A stretch of DNA of 63,720 nt, filler included, from Rhabdomonas costata (GCA_019059605.1; 36 parts of 36 records of this genome joined end to end with filler, not necessarily neighbours in it), one strand, 5' to 3'. Numbered from the whole stretch's first letter, positions 12,734 to 26,384 are shown. Numbers and translations are program-made. The notes: generated by a model not told the origin, from the letters alone.

Positions 12734-13018
12734 CTCTGCAATCGCCGAGGAGACAGGCTCGGGGTACTCCAGGAAGGCCATCAGAACGACATGGGGCCGG
12801 GAAGTGAACAGCTCCTCCATGGCCTGGTCCGTGGTGGGCTCGCGGACCAGGGTGGAGGCGTTCAGGCGGAAGGGCAGCACGGAGGGCTTCGCGGCGCTCT
12901 CCCGGGAGGTCCGGGAGGTAGAACGCGCCCTCGGCGCAGCAGCCGCAAGGGACGCGAAGCAGACAGCCAGCCCCACGGCCAGCCATAGCGCCAGCCAACC
13001 GGTAAGACGCAACACCAT
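12734..13018 (-). CDS. First exon of a secreted or ER protein with a signal peptide
   Basis: MVLRLTGWLALWLAVGLAVCFASLAAA signal peptide. Upstream polypyrimidine tract and AG; GT donor after AIAE. Confidence 0.55.
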
Positions 13019-16000
13019 GTGCACAAAAAAAACGAGTAAAAAGAGAGAGCCCAAATGACCTGCAGAAAAGTTCCACAAGTACCTTGAGAGAGATTAAAGG
13101 CAATCCAAATATCGACAGATCGTCATGAATGGTGAAGCCAGACTTGACATCCCCACAGCAAACGGTGGACCTTTTGGTTTCAGTTGACCCAAGCAATCCC
13201 AAAGATGCGAAGCCTTCAACTATCTTCGCCATCACATGGCACCAAGAGGGGGGAAATGGGAATCGGGGACGACAACCTTCCTCCAGAATGTTTCCTGCAC
13301 AATGTACCACACCGCACCGTTGGCTGACGCACTTTCTTCAGCTCCTCCCGCTCAGTCAGGATCCTTCTGCATCTGTTCGCAGCTCCAGCTGCCTGCTTTC
13401 AAAACCCCACTCCTGCCGCACACCCGCTGCAGAGAAGCGCGGGCGGGGGGCGGGGGCCTCGCAGCATAGCCCAAGTGAGGCTAAAGCCAACCCAGCGACA
13501 AAGATAGCCCATTAGAACTTGTACCGCGACCGAGCCACTGGCCCAGAGTCACCGGCAAGCCAGCTGACCAATAACCTGGGCGGCGCAGAGACCGTGGAGG
13601 AGCTCAAGTTGTGCGCAAATGAGAAGCTCTGCAGGAGGCTCTGGATATAATTTGATTTCACATACGCACATCTTGAGCACCGCTCGCTTGCACAGGTTGC
13701 CAGCATCTCCGCACGCTGTGCCAGGTGGTGCTCGTAGCCGAGACGAACCCCGGCGTCCAGACCTGTACCCGTCCCCCCTCTTTCCCTTCTCCCTTGGAAA
13801 GTAACGTCCTTGTGAGTAAATTCTTCCTTAAAGTCCGAAGGGCCCTCATAATGGCGGGCTTCAGCGCCACCCTGATCAGTGCAAAAGTCCTACTACAGAA
13901 ATAAAAGCCATATCCGAAGATTAAAATCAAGAGGAAGACCTGCCAAGAGGCAGGGGTGGGTACCCGCCTGAGAGCAGCGTGTCGGCCCAGCTTCAACATT
14001 TTTGACACGTGTCCCGATCGACCGCCCAATTTTTGCGCTTTCCAAGGAACTGCTCTCCCGTGGAATGATTTGCGCTGAAAAACCCCCNNNNNNNNNNNNN
14101 NNNNNNNNNNNNNNNNNNNNNNNNNNNNNNNTTAATTAATTAANNNNNNNNNNNNNNNNNNNNNNNNNNNNNNNNNNNNNNNNNNNNGTGTTGGGTGTGG
14201 TTTGTTTGTGGGTTCCCCACGGTGACGCCAGTTTCCGCTGCTGAAGCAGACGGAAATTCATGTGACGCTTGCTTGTAATACGGCTGTGATGTAGACAAAA
14301 CGGTCCCGGCGCGAAAATTTGGCAGTTTTCTTATTGCATCTTTTTCGCACCTTTTTTGCGCTGCATTTGCGGTCTCACCGATTCGAATTTTCTCCTAGAC
14401 CAGCCCTACGAGGACCCTTCCAATACCGTGTTTCCGTGATTATCTATTGGTCAGATCACCACTCACTCTCTCTCTCATCTCACATCTCTGACTTTCGAAC
14501 CCTAGTCTCGCCAGTTCGCAGTTCGCGGAGGGCTCATTGGGTTCGCGTCAATCTGGGGTGTATCAGTCTCCGTCATTTTAAGTATCCGCTCAGCAGAGAC
14601 AGCTCGTCTTTATAAACAAAGCAGGGCTGCGATAGTCAGTTCTTTCTCAATTGTACCCTCTTCCCTACCTATCGCAGCTCATCTGCGCAGAAGAGGGGAC
14701 CGAGACACTGACATCCTCTCCCGTTGTCTTTCCCAGTATTCTCTGGTTATATCCATCCCCAACTGATCTTTTCCATCCAAACAACGAAATTACGGCAGCC
14801 AGTACGGCAGCCATTGTCGTGTCGTCTGCAGAAAGTGCACTGGGCCATGGGGGAAACTGAACAAGAAACCAAACCTTTTCAGACTCACAAAGAAAGGGAT
14901 AATGACGTAGGGCCGTTCAGCCGAGTTGGCAAAAGGGAGCTGGTCAAATTCTGAAGCATGGAGTCTGAAACATGGAGTCATGGAGGCAGAAGATTTCCCC
15001 CTCAGTTTAGGACTGAGGTCCCTCTCTTTATTTGGCCCCACCGCACTCGCTTCAGGTTCAAAATCCGCATTTGGGCGGCTCACTTCCTCTCCTTCATCAC
15101 TCACGCCAAGGTTTGCTCCACTTGTCCAAAGCATGCCCCTATTGGAGGGTTCGGTCGTTTCCTCTCTCTCTGTCTCTCTCTCTCAATCTCTCACTCTTTT
15201 GCTCTTGAACGGTGGCCCTCTTCCTCTCCTCATTCACCCCTTCTCCCTCCTTCCCTGTAAATAAGTCCTAGCGCCTTTTCTGCACCCGTCTTTGGTGCTC
15301 TCTGCCGTGGTTCGTTCGTTCGCCGAACCGCCCAGTGCGAGTTATTGTGCTGTAAAAGTTCCCTCGAACACCGGGTGGTGCTTAGGGCATGAGGGCGCAG
15401 CCTTCCAGAGCTGCAGGGGGAGCCGCCTGTGAGGTGGGAGGACACAAATTCGGTTCGAGCGAGGTGCGTGCCTTCTGTGAATGTTTGCCCCTGCTTTCCG
15501 GCCAAATCGCCACCTTTCGGCCTTCCCTTTCATAGAGATGTGGAAAGGGGTGGGGTGGGTGTTCTCTTTCTCCTTTTGCTGCGCTGCGTTGATTGTGCTT
15601 CTCTCTTTGTCTTCTCTCTTTGTGTGCAAACCCTGCTGGCAGCAGTGCGCGTTAGCTGCTTTGGGTGCTTGGAAACAGATTCTGTATTGTCTCACTTTAA
15701 AAAAATGTGTCGCAAGAGCAACGTCGATGCTCAACGGGCATCCCACATTATCTGAACCCCACTGCCAATCCCACACGCCCAAGCTCCGACTCCCATGCCA
15801 ATATGTTCAAGGCCTTCAAGGCCTTCAAGGCCAAAAGTGGCCAAGTGAGTACCACCCACCCNNNNNNNNNNNNNNNNNNNNNNNNNNNNNNNNNNNNNNN
15901 NNNNNTTAATTAATTAANNNNNNNNNNNNNNNNNNNNNNNNNNNNNNNNNNNNNNNNNNNNCAAGGTATCTGGGAGAGGGTTGTGCGCAGGGAACATGAT

Positions 16001-16530
16001 GAGGCCCGTGGGGGGTGATGGCACATGTTTTTAGACAAAAAACGGCAATGAGCACTTCAGGGCGACAGTGGCAAAGGAGAGGCAACTGTTGTTGCGGGTG
16101 AAATCTTTCAAAGGCAACAGTACAGCTATCCATCAGCACTGGCACGGCAGTGCCACGTTCACTCCTCAGCAGCCCGCTCCAGCCGGGTCGAGGACGGGCC
16201 TCTGCCTTCTGTGCCGTTCTGTCCTGCCCCCTCCATCGCCTTCTCCCGGATGCTGCGCAATGTGAAAACCAACATTACTTGCAGGGCGTTCACTTGCTTG
16301 AAGCTAAAAGCAGATCGAGACGGATTGGCTAACAACCTTCACAAAAAGCCAGTTTTATACAAATGCTGCACCTATGTAACTGTCCGTGCGACAAACTTTA
16401 CCCGCATCGTGCCCTCGCATGAAAGGGGTATGACCCGAAGGAAAGGGCAGGACGCAACACCTCTCACGGTCCCATTGCAGGAGAAACTGGCATGTCTTGC
16501 AGAAGACACAGTACAGCAGTGGGGCGTTAC

Positions 16531-17126
16531 GCCCGCGTGAATCAAAGTTGTATACGGCGGTGAACAGCACCATCACCCACCCCGCTCTGAACGGACGCTT
16601 CGGCCGGATACCGATGAGGTCCCGAACGGCCACAGCCAGCTCGCGAGCGAGCTCGCCGCAATCTATACAGCCTTGCTGTAAAGTCAACAAAACGGTCTCT
16701 CACACAACGGCATTTCACCCACATCATTTAAGGGGCGATTTGGACGGATGCTGGCCAACACGTGGTGATAGGGTGCGGCTCGAAAGCCGATGGAATGCAC
16801 CACTCACAACCAAAAAAATAATTCAGCTTGCTTCGCAGGAACGCTCTGCTACACAAAATCACGTGGCCCCGCAGTGACAAACGTAAAAGCAACACGTTTT
16901 CCACGGCGCACTGCACCTTCCTCGTCAAAGGCATGCGCAGGCGGTGGCAGAGCTGCAGCTGGGCCCTGAGAAGGCCTCTCCACTGAGCGCCAATCTGGAC
17001 ATCAGGTGAAGTGCAAGCATGATAAAACGCACGGCAGAGCTTCTCAATTCGGAAAACTTCCCCAGGAGCCAGAAAGGAAAGCACAAGCCCAAGGACATCG
17101 TCCGTAAATTTGAGTGTACAGGGCAT
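16531..17126 (-). CDS. F-box protein, partial (exons about 17126-16917 and 16675-16531)
   Basis: MPCTLKFTDDVLGLVLSFLAPGEVFRIEKLCRAFYHAC fits the F-box consensus LPDEILxxIFSFLxxxDLxxxxxVCKxW. Confidence 0.65.
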
Positions 17127-17930
17127 TCTCAGAAAGAAGCTAGAATGACTTGAGGAGATGGATAAACTCTATAAACTCTATCACTAAAAAAACGGCAGTT
17201 AGCAAGGGGGGGGGCGAGGGCAGGAAATTAATTAATTGGAGGTAAGTAGGACAATGTACAACAATTTGAGTATCAAACCGTGCACCCGATTAGGTTTCCC
17301 CCCGGTCCACAGGTTTGACGGCGCCGCCGCCGTCGATGAAAGCTCCAGGCATGGATCACCATCCCGCCAATTGTAGATTCTAGAACCCCACGTGCATCGC
17401 ACTCCAATTCCTTGTGAGAGCCAGGAACCTCTGCAGGCCGTACGTTGCCCATTTGACAAACAGTGTGCACGATACTGGTGGTCGCAGAGAATCAGGTCTC
17501 TCTTTTTCTCACACGGCTTTCGCACAACCCAAGAAAAGCAATACAACAGCAGATTACGGGAACCAAACGTAGCAGGTTGGAATGCAGGAATGTAACACTG
17601 AAAGAAAGTAAGAAAATGTGTTGATAGAAACCAANNNNNNNNNNNNNNNNNNNNNNNNNNNNNNNNNNNNNNNNNNNNTTAATTAATTAANNNNNNNNNN
17701 NNNNNNNNNNNNNNNNNNNNNNNNNNNNNNNNNNTTTTGTGGGTGGGAGAGCTACCTCCGCCGCTGTGCAGACTGGTACCAAAGCAACGTTCTTATTGTG
17801 GATGTCCTGGTGTGCAGCTTTTCTTACGGCTTCGCATCCCGACACCCCACTCTTCAACCCGCTCGTGCGTTTCTCCAGCCTGCCATTGATCTTAACTTTA
17901 GGGAATGCCGAAAACGATGGTTATTGGTGC

Positions 17931-17988
17931 ACGGTGGCGGTTTCCGGAAGTGCACCGGTGGCGGTAGTGCACCGGTGGCGGTAGTGCA
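17931..17988 (+). repeat. Short tandem repeat of about 17 nt (CCGGTGGCGGTAGTGCA)
   Basis: Two exact copies and one diverged copy are directly visible. Confidence 0.8.
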
Positions 17989-20218
17989 TGACGGCGGCTC
18001 GTTTGAAAAGGGCATCCAGAGAAGGCAAAAAACAATCACACAGGGCAATCCTTTCCAACAGAGCTACAAATGTCTGCAACTTTCCTGCTCCGGTGCAAAA
18101 GTTACAAGCTTCCCTGAAAACACCATTTGAGGTTGTTCGTGCTTTTTGGTTCCGCCCATGATGATTGAACGAGGAGTAAATGAATCGCGATGACTTAATA
18201 CATGAAGATTTATGCTGCCCCCCTGTATCTTTTGCTCACTATTGGAAAACATGACCCGAAAAGAACTTAAGGTTTATATCCGTCATTCCTGGCCTGTGCC
18301 ACCCCTGTTTTGCCCTTTCACTTTCAGTACCTGATCTTCAAGAACCCCAACAAACTTACGTCGAAGGAGCTCTTTGAGTTACCCGAGCCCCCGGTGGTGC
18401 AGAAAACCCATCTTTGGTGTGCCACTCCCATTTCTTCTACCTTGAGTTGAGGTGGATGTTCCACTTTGCCTTTTTGACCTTCTCTATGGTGCTTTCATCG
18501 TCGCTGTCACCTGCCAAAACGTATGCAATATCGTCTCGAGGTCTTACGGCCTGTTTCCAGACCGCTACTCTTTTCCTGGGCTTGGATACCTTTTTGGGCG
18601 CGGAGTTTGGCATCCACCTGTTGGGGGGTTCATCCCCTTCACCGCCCCTCTCGCAGGACGTTTCAGCGCGACCAGAGCGGAGAGTGGAACATTGTCGCCA
18701 TGGATCACTAGCTGCGGATGCTCCACAGCTATTATCCCCAAGGTGCCTCCCATCCCACTCAGGGGGAGCCTTACTGTTCTGAAAGCCTTCTCCATTTGGC
18801 GTGTGCATAGCTGCACCTGGGCCACATCCCCGAGTTTAATTCGGTGACTAATCTATGCCCTTGATTATTAGAAAATACCCTTTCTCCATATTAGATCTCT
18901 TTCTGTCCTGCAAGTCTAGCACAAAGCACAGCAAAGATCAATAACCTTTGCCAGGGTACCGGTGCGCAGCTCTCGAAGCTCCCTTGAGTCGTGAAGGAGA
19001 CCACGATCCTGTCTTATGACACATGCATCCATTCCAATTCTCTTCAAGCCCAATAACCTCTCTCACCGGATGGACTGGGTGCGTCGTCCTATAATCCCCT
19101 GCGAAGCTAATAACCTCTCCAAGCGGCAGGTATACTGACCCGCTGTAAGGCCAACAACCTCTGCTGATACATTTCTCATTATATCAATAATTGCCACCGC
19201 GCCACTCGCTGAACTGGTGTGGCTCCAACAAATGAGTTTCAGCGCGCCCGGTGATATTTTGGCACCGCTTCTCTTTTGCGCTTTACTCCGTTGCCATTTT
19301 CTTCACAGTGATGGGACCCTGGCGCCTTTGCGGACCGAACTTTGCCCGCTCAGAACCAACTATTGGACCCTGCTTACATTATTTGTCTTCCCACCTCCTT
19401 CTGTGCCGNNNNNNNNNNNNNNNNNNNNNNNNNNNNNNNNNNNNNNNNNNNNTTAATTAATTAANNNNNNNNNNNNNNNNNNNNNNNNNNNNNNNNNNNN
19501 NNNNNNNNGGTTGTTTTGCATAACAGAACAATGTTCATCACACGGGCACCATGATTCTGCTGCCTTTTGGGCGCGGGATAATTTTCCCTGGGTAGATCCC
19601 TGGGAATTCAGTGAGAGAAGGGAGAGGATGGTTTTCAAACATTCGCAGATCCGGAGACAATTGGAGTGCTCGCGGAAGGTATGTCTTTTCTTTTTTCAGC
19701 TTCCTTCTGTGAACTTTTTGAACTATCGCCCGTTTTTGCTTGAGGAGTGGCCACTTTCTCCATTTTTCTTCAACTGATGCTCTACATTTCTTCATTTGTC
19801 GTTGTGGTATGTGGGACAGGACCTGGCCTGTAGGTTGGCCCTGGCTCGGACTTTGAAGATCTGCTCCCCGTCGGGCTGGGATGACGATGACCTCCTCCCT
19901 TTGATTGACGGCATGTCTGGAATGTGCCAGCTGTCTGGTTGGCTTCCTTTTTTCTAGGGTTTTCAGGCAGTACCTGAGGGTCAGCTCCCAATGGCAACAC
20001 CACCAAACACCTATTTATCCACTCACTCCCCACTCAGTGCCGTGTGGATGGTCTCACTACCATTCAACCACTGACCCCTCCCCTTGTCGCGAGTTTATTG
20101 TGATTACTTCACTACGTTGCTCTGCACATGGCATTTCTCGTTGCAAGTGCCCAAGTGGAGCTGCGCCCTGAGTAGGAAGTTACGGCGCCGATTGCGCACC
20201 CCATGCGCACGTACACAG

Positions 20219-20844
20219 GTGTGGGCGTGGAGGATATCCGGCAGTACCTGTGCTCGCTGCTCAGCGAGGGGTTTGTCGAGTGCTTCGTCCACGGCAACAT
20301 GCTGGAGCAGGAACACCACCTCTCTCCTCCCGGACCCTACTCAACTTCACCCCCAAACGCACCACCAGCCGCTGCTGTATTTTCTGGCAAGCGTTGGGTA
20401 AGATTGGTGTGGGCACCACATTTCCCCGGTCCCTCACCCACCAGGCCCCTAGCCCCGCGGGGTGATATGCGGGCATCACGTTTGGTGGATGCCTTGGTAG
20501 TCTCCTCGGTAAGGGTGCTATGGGTTATAGTGCGCAGGTCCCTCGTGGACCTCTCACATCCTCCTATAGATTCGATCTTACGATTCACAGATGCTGACAT
20601 TGGACACCGGTGGGACTTCCCACTCGTTTGCGGTGAATGAATGCGCTGGCGTTTTCTTTGCTGGTGTGGAATTGACATGGGAGGGCCGCTGAGACTAGGA
20701 TGTGGTGTGGTGTGTCTGATTGGCTTTGACTTCCGCAGGAGGCGAGGGAGATGGTCTTGGAGCTGGAGACGGCCTTCCTGGGGAATCTCCGGCCGCTGCC
20801 CGCAGTGCGGGCCCCCCAGCAGCTAATGCTGCAGCTTCCACTAG
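20219..20844 (+). CDS. Insulysin/pitrilysin-like M16 metallopeptidase, 2 internal exons: 20219-20310 and 20739-20844
   Basis: VEDIRQYLCSLLSEGFVECFVHGNMLEQ|EAREMVLELETAFLGNLRPL aligns without gaps to the IDE region ...LHIEALLHGNITKQAALGIMQMVEDTL (recalled). The donor is non-canonical (see findings). Confidence 0.75.
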
Positions 20845-21804
20845 GTTGGCCTTGTCCCCCACCCCCCGGTCATTTTATCGTGCTGGTCCTGGTCCTGGGA
20901 ATGTTCAGCAGAGAGCAATGGGGCAGGTTGTCCAGTAGTAGGAAAGCCACTTTTCCAAAATTCAGCAGCGAACCCTCCAACCAAACCAGCAAACCAAACC
21001 AAACCAAGTTTATGAGCACATCCGCACATCATTCGGTGCTTCGCTGGGGGCGAGCAGGAAGGCATTTCAGTGTTTGCTATCTCATTGCAGAGAAGCTTCA
21101 CGTGAAGGCCTGTCCGCAGCCCAATCCCGAGAGCACTGACTCTGGTGTCCGCAAACTTTACAGCTCCCCACCCCAACCCACCNNNNNNNNNNNNNNNNNN
21201 NNNNNNNNNNNNNNNNNNNNNNNNNNTTAATTAATTAANNNNNNNNNNNNNNNNNNNNNNNNNNNNNNNNNNNNNNNNNNNNGTGGTCTGTATTCAGCAA
21301 ACGAAAGGATGACTGCACCAGTAACATACCGCACACCCTCAATTTGCTTCTGGGGGAATTCCTCGGTTGGGTCAACGTTGCCTTAGACATAGGTCTCAAG
21401 GTAAAACATTATTTGTTGAGCAGGGCCCTCCAGCACGCAGCGCCTAGAATCGGGGGGTGTCCCAGCGCGTGTGCGCATCGCCTCCGTATCGTCGGTGCGT
21501 GTATGCTCCCAGTTTCTCCAGTTTCTCCCAATTTTGCCTCCTGTTGAAGGAGGGGGGGGGACGTCGGGTCCAACTTGTGCACGTAAGCGCTAACATTCGA
21601 ATTTTCAGAATACAAAAGCGTAATTTTTTGTACTACTCACTTTGGGATGAAGCGGGACCTTCCCCTGCTCAGCGGCCGACTAGAAGGCTTAGGGGAAGAA
21701 ACGCTGTATTCTTCGTGAGCAAAACGTCGGCTGCGGGAACCGCTTTTACCCATTCTTCGAAAAACCACAAAAATTCACATGCCCGAGAAATGAGACAGCG
21801 TGGC

Positions 21805-22764
21805 CGGGGTAAAGCGAGTGCATTGCATCCGCAGCCGACCCGGTTCCCGTCCGCTGAGCCAGCAGGTCAAAATAGTTTTGCTGCAGGGAGGTGGTGATTG
21901 GCGCAAACTGCCCAGTGACAGCCTGCGCAAGAACAGGGGGAAATGGCCCCTTTGTATGATTTCTCGCAGTGAAGAATATGGTTAACCATTAAGCAAAAGA
22001 ATGGCATCTGGAAGAAGGTAAGGGGCCTGCCGCACACCAGTGATGTACGGTAAACCCTGTATGAAGCAAAGATTCCGTGTATCACTTCACTGGTTTTTTG
22101 AATTGAGAAACATAAAACTTCACGGGTTCCAATCCCAGGCGACCTCAGTCCTCAGGGTCCCAGGAGAACGCACTTCGGTTTCAATCAAACGTTCATAGGC
22201 AGCGCAGTATGCGGGGATCATTTTTGGTGTTTTGCTACCTCACGTACCACGTACCGCATGCGCGAGCCGCATTTGTGCGAAGAATTCATTTTTCTCCTGC
22301 GGGCGTTCAAATTTACTTCCACTGCTAGGTCCTTCATTGATAAAAGAAAACACCATCAAAGAATATGCCAGCTCAAATGGTGCCAACCCGCGATATGTCA
22401 GCAAGGGTCCTTCAGATACCTTGCACATTCAGAGGCGCACCCACCTACCCACGCGCGCTCGCATCCTTTAGAGCCCGAACGACATATTGTCCCAATGTCC
22501 ATCTCATCTCATTATTGGCAACACAGGTTGGCGCCATTGTTGCAGCGACAGTGGCGCAAATGCGCAACGGTACAACAGAGATCTCAAAGCAGATGCAGAA
22601 ACCTGCCCCTGAGAAATCGGGATCACTGCGGTGACGCAACTTAAGGGGGCGATGCGAAGGTGGTCGGCAGCAAACCGCAGCCAGCGCACCGAAGGGGTTA
22701 GGTTCTGCACATCCACCACGCTGGCCCTCCACTCGTGCATCAGCCGACGCACAGACCGCCGCAT
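21805..22764 (-). CDS. FAD-binding FR-type (ferredoxin reductase/OXNAD1-like) oxidoreductase, partial
   Basis: Exon 22764-22603 reads ...ASVVDVQNLTPSVRWLRF...ISQGQ. Exon 21922-21805 reads ...YFDLLAQRTGTGSAADAMHSLYPG. Both match FNR beta-barrel motifs. The middle exon is unresolved. Confidence 0.55.
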
Positions 22765-23679
22765 TTTCCAAACAAACCCACCAACGACCCACCCGCAGGA
22801 AGGAAGAAAAAAGCGTCAACAATGCATCCCCCAACAAAGAAGGATCCAGAAAGATGATGAACAGGGCCAAAACACGCCAAAACACGATGTGATAGCACAC
22901 GCACAATGCGACAACCGCACATTCAGAAATGCGGGCAGCCACGAAAAAAAACACANNNNNNNNNNNNNNNNNNNNNNNNNNNNNNNNNNNNNNNNNNNNT
23001 TAATTAATTAANNNNNNNNNNNNNNNNNNNNNNNNNNNNNNNNNNNNNNNNNNNNTGTGGTGGGTTTTTCCGAGGAATACATCTACTATGTACAGTTTTA
23101 TATCGAAAATACTATTCCTCGGAAAAACCCGACCAGAACAACAGAGCCCAACTTTGGGCAGTGAGAGTAGTGAGCGCAACACAAACACTCGTAGAGGGGA
23201 TTCCGCAAAAGCGGGCGTCATGCGCCGATAACGATCCATCCCAGGGGAACGTTTCGTTTTTCTTTTGATGTTTGAAAACGGGCAATGGACGAGTGAACGT
23301 AATAAATGGAACAAAGAGCTCACAAATTGTGCGTATGCAAAGCAGGGGCCTTTAAGTTCACCAACATTGTCCACCAGAAATCATTTTTCAGCAATCGATT
23401 ATTATCATAAAGTACCAAAAGCGGTGAATGAGTGCATTTTTCAGAACATCAAACTATCAGAAAACGTAAAAATTGTTTAAAGCCAAGGGGCATGGGTGGG
23501 TGAAGATGAAACAACAGGCAACCCATCGTTTGCACCCCAACAAAGATCCCGAACTGAAGTGCAAATCAATTCAGAAAAATGCATGTGAAAATTCCCAGGC
23601 CCCCCAAAAAGGTGCAAAACAAATCAATAATGTGAACTCCTGCTATACCACTGCACCTCCCTTTGCCCAATTCAAATAC

Positions 23680-23917
23680 CTGAGGAAGAGAAGGCACAGC
23701 ACAGCAGGCCCTTGTCGTGGCCCACAAAAACGCGGGGATGGGGCCGCCCCCGCAGCTCCACTGCGGCCAACTTCCCAAGCCGCACAGACCCACACAGGCC
23801 CACCCGGCGCACCACACAAGGGTGCAGGTGCTCCAGCACAAGGCCCCACAGGTCCACGGGAAGCCCCTCCACTTTTCCCTGGGAGGTATGCAGCCCCAGC
23901 ACGATCAGCCAGTCCAT
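23680..23917 (-). CDS. F-box-like + WD40 protein, first coding exon
   Basis: GLPVDLWGLVLEHL (F-box start), then FVGHDKGLLCCAFSSSG (GH-x-WD40 start), then a GT donor. Confidence 0.6.
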
Positions 23918-25101
23918 CTTGAAAGGAAAGCGGGAAAGATGGACCCAGGGCAGCAGAGGGATTAGCCTCTTGCAAGGGGGGGGAGGAGGGGATGGAGAAA
24001 GGGCGAGCCCGTCTGTGGCTAGGAGAATGGGGCGCAAGAGGAGAAGGAGACGATACAACAGCAGCGCTAAAAAAACAGCGCCGCTTCACACAAGCAGGAG
24101 AAATGAAAAAAATGGGGACTGGGGAGAGAAGGAAGCTGGAGCGAGAAGTTGAAATTGCGAGATGAGAAAACAATCGTTCTGAAAGCGGTTCGTGTCTGAA
24201 ATCAAAGAACGTGAAACACCTCGCATTGCACACGCGGTAGTTGCAAGAAGGGAGCGGAAACGCAACCACTGCGCGTTGCAGGGGGGAGGGTGCTGGTAGC
24301 CCACATCCGGCGTACGGAGTGCGAAGACCGACGTTTTCAAACTGACCCACAGGGAAGCATACCACAAAGCTTTTAGAGAAAAGGAGAGGTCAGGTGACCG
24401 AGGTGGTGCCACGGGCAAATGACCCCACGCGTCATACTCATAACACCGCCCGTCCCGGTGCTTGTCTTCGCTAAAAGTGCCGAGGCGAGCTCAGAATCAT
24501 TTCGACGGCGCAATAATCGCATCTGCCTCCTCTCCAATTTACACGTTGCACGTTTAACGGCATTGCAAACAGAATTGGTTAACAACCATTGGCAGGGGTG
24601 TACAAAAAGGTGCTGAGAGGTCAGACAGAGACGCTAATGCTGCACAATCTCAGCAAAGCAAGCACGCGGGAAGTTCGAAACCCAAAATGGGATGTAAAAA
24701 CTGAAACGCAGCGAAGGGCAACACACCCNNNNNNNNNNNNNNNNNNNNNNNNNNNNNNNNNNNNNNNNNNNNTTAATTAATTAANNNNNNNNNNNNNNNN
24801 NNNNNNNNNNNNNNNNNNNNNNNNNNNNGTGTTGGGTGTGGTTGGTTTTGTTGGGTCTGTTTACGGGCCGGTTTACCCTGCATCAGGTCTAAGTGCGCCT
24901 TAATGGAACTCAAGCTCCAACCTCTCAGCTTCTGGCCGTTAAGCGTATGCGGTCCGGTGATCTGAATAGATGGGCCTGGGAGCGTGGGGAGGAGACTAAA
25001 TACCTCCCTTCCACTCGCGTAAGACCCCTCCCGTTCCCCAAGGAATCCAAACAAACCAAAACCTTCTTTCTTCTATTTATCACGCTCCTTGTGGTGCATA
25101 G

Positions 25102-25555
25102 GTGGAGATCTCGGTGACCCCGCTGGGGCTTCTCCTGGACCTTCCTGAAATCGTGGCCCTCTTCCACCTCATCCCTGCGGTGCAGGGGGCCCTGACGGAC
25201 TCCCTGGGATGCCTACCCCCCTACGGGCCTAGGCTGGCCCCTCTGCTGCCTTCCTCCCGCCGGGACGAGTCCCTCGCTGTGGAATGGCAGCGAGACGGGG
25301 CCTTCACCCCTGTCTCGGTGTGGATGGGGCCGGACCGGGTGGTGCTCCGGAGGCAACCTCCCCAGCCCTCCACGGCGGTAGCAGCGAAATATGGGGGTGG
25401 TCATGGCTTTGCGGTGGAGGAGGAGGTCCTGGCCGTGGTGGTGATGTGCCGTGGGACCAGGGCGTTTACGGTACCCACTCTGGCGGTGCTCGGCGCGGGT
25501 GAGGTGGGGCTGGAGAGCTCTGAGGCGGTGGAGGTTCGACTGGAGATCCCAAAAG
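25102..25555 (+). CDS. Large internal exon of an unknown protein
   Basis: TAG acceptor, 454-nt GC-rich open frame (VEISVTPLGLLLDLPEIV...RLEIPK), GTGTGA donor followed by a (GT)n microsatellite. Confidence 0.6.
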
Positions 25556-26384
25556 GTGTGAGTGCGTGTGTGTGTGTGTGCGTGTGTCCGATACCACAAC
25601 AGTGCCGACCCTCTCGTCCAAATGGAGTGCGTAGTATTCGGAGTGCATCATACCAGCTCTCCCAGTTCTAAGGTTCGTCACTGTGTACTCGAGCGTGATG
25701 GGGTTCAAGGTTGTACTTTGGTTTGCGACACTTTCACCTTACGTGCGGGAGTGGTGTAATAGAACCTGCTCATTGATCAATGATAAATTCGTTACCAATG
25801 GTTTGTCGTAACTTCCAAAGGCGCTTCAGCCGCATGAGTGACTTGTACGCATCTCCGTGATGGTGATGCGTGTGACCCCACCTCGTCAAACAAGTGTGTC
25901 TCCACAGCGATTCGTCAACAGTCACGAATGGCTATCATGCACGTAGTCTGCAGCGTTTATTAAGGAAGGGTTTGGGGTCTCGAGGCAGAAAGGCATTGAG
26001 GCTTGGGACAGGTCTCCCAGTGCAATGGTGTGCCCGTATGTGTTTGAGTGATTGGGGGGTGGGGCTATGTCGCAGTTGACTGCCATGACGGTGAGCTGCC
26101 CTGCATGGAGCGACAGCAGTTCCTTTTCAGGTTGGTGAGTTTTAGCATGCTCCGCTTCAGTGTGTGATATATGCTGCATTATATGGCAGTCTCATTTTGG
26201 GGGGATCTCTGGTTTTTTTTCGGCTTGAGAAATGACGTCTCTGCCGTGCGCGTTCGCTCCTCAATGTGATGTACAGGTTTTGCAACGATGATCTCGCCCA
26301 GTCCTTCTGCAAAGCTGTGCAGCAGCGTGTCTCTGGCATGGTATTCACTTTGCACATACACACACACACACAAGGTAGAAAAGA

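Noticed and set aside
14188..14215. G/T-only contig starts (e.g. GTGTTGGGTGTGG at 14188 and 24829) and A/C-only contig ends
   Set aside because: They resemble GenomePlex-type WGA primer and G/T random-priming remnants, not telomeres or biological motifs.
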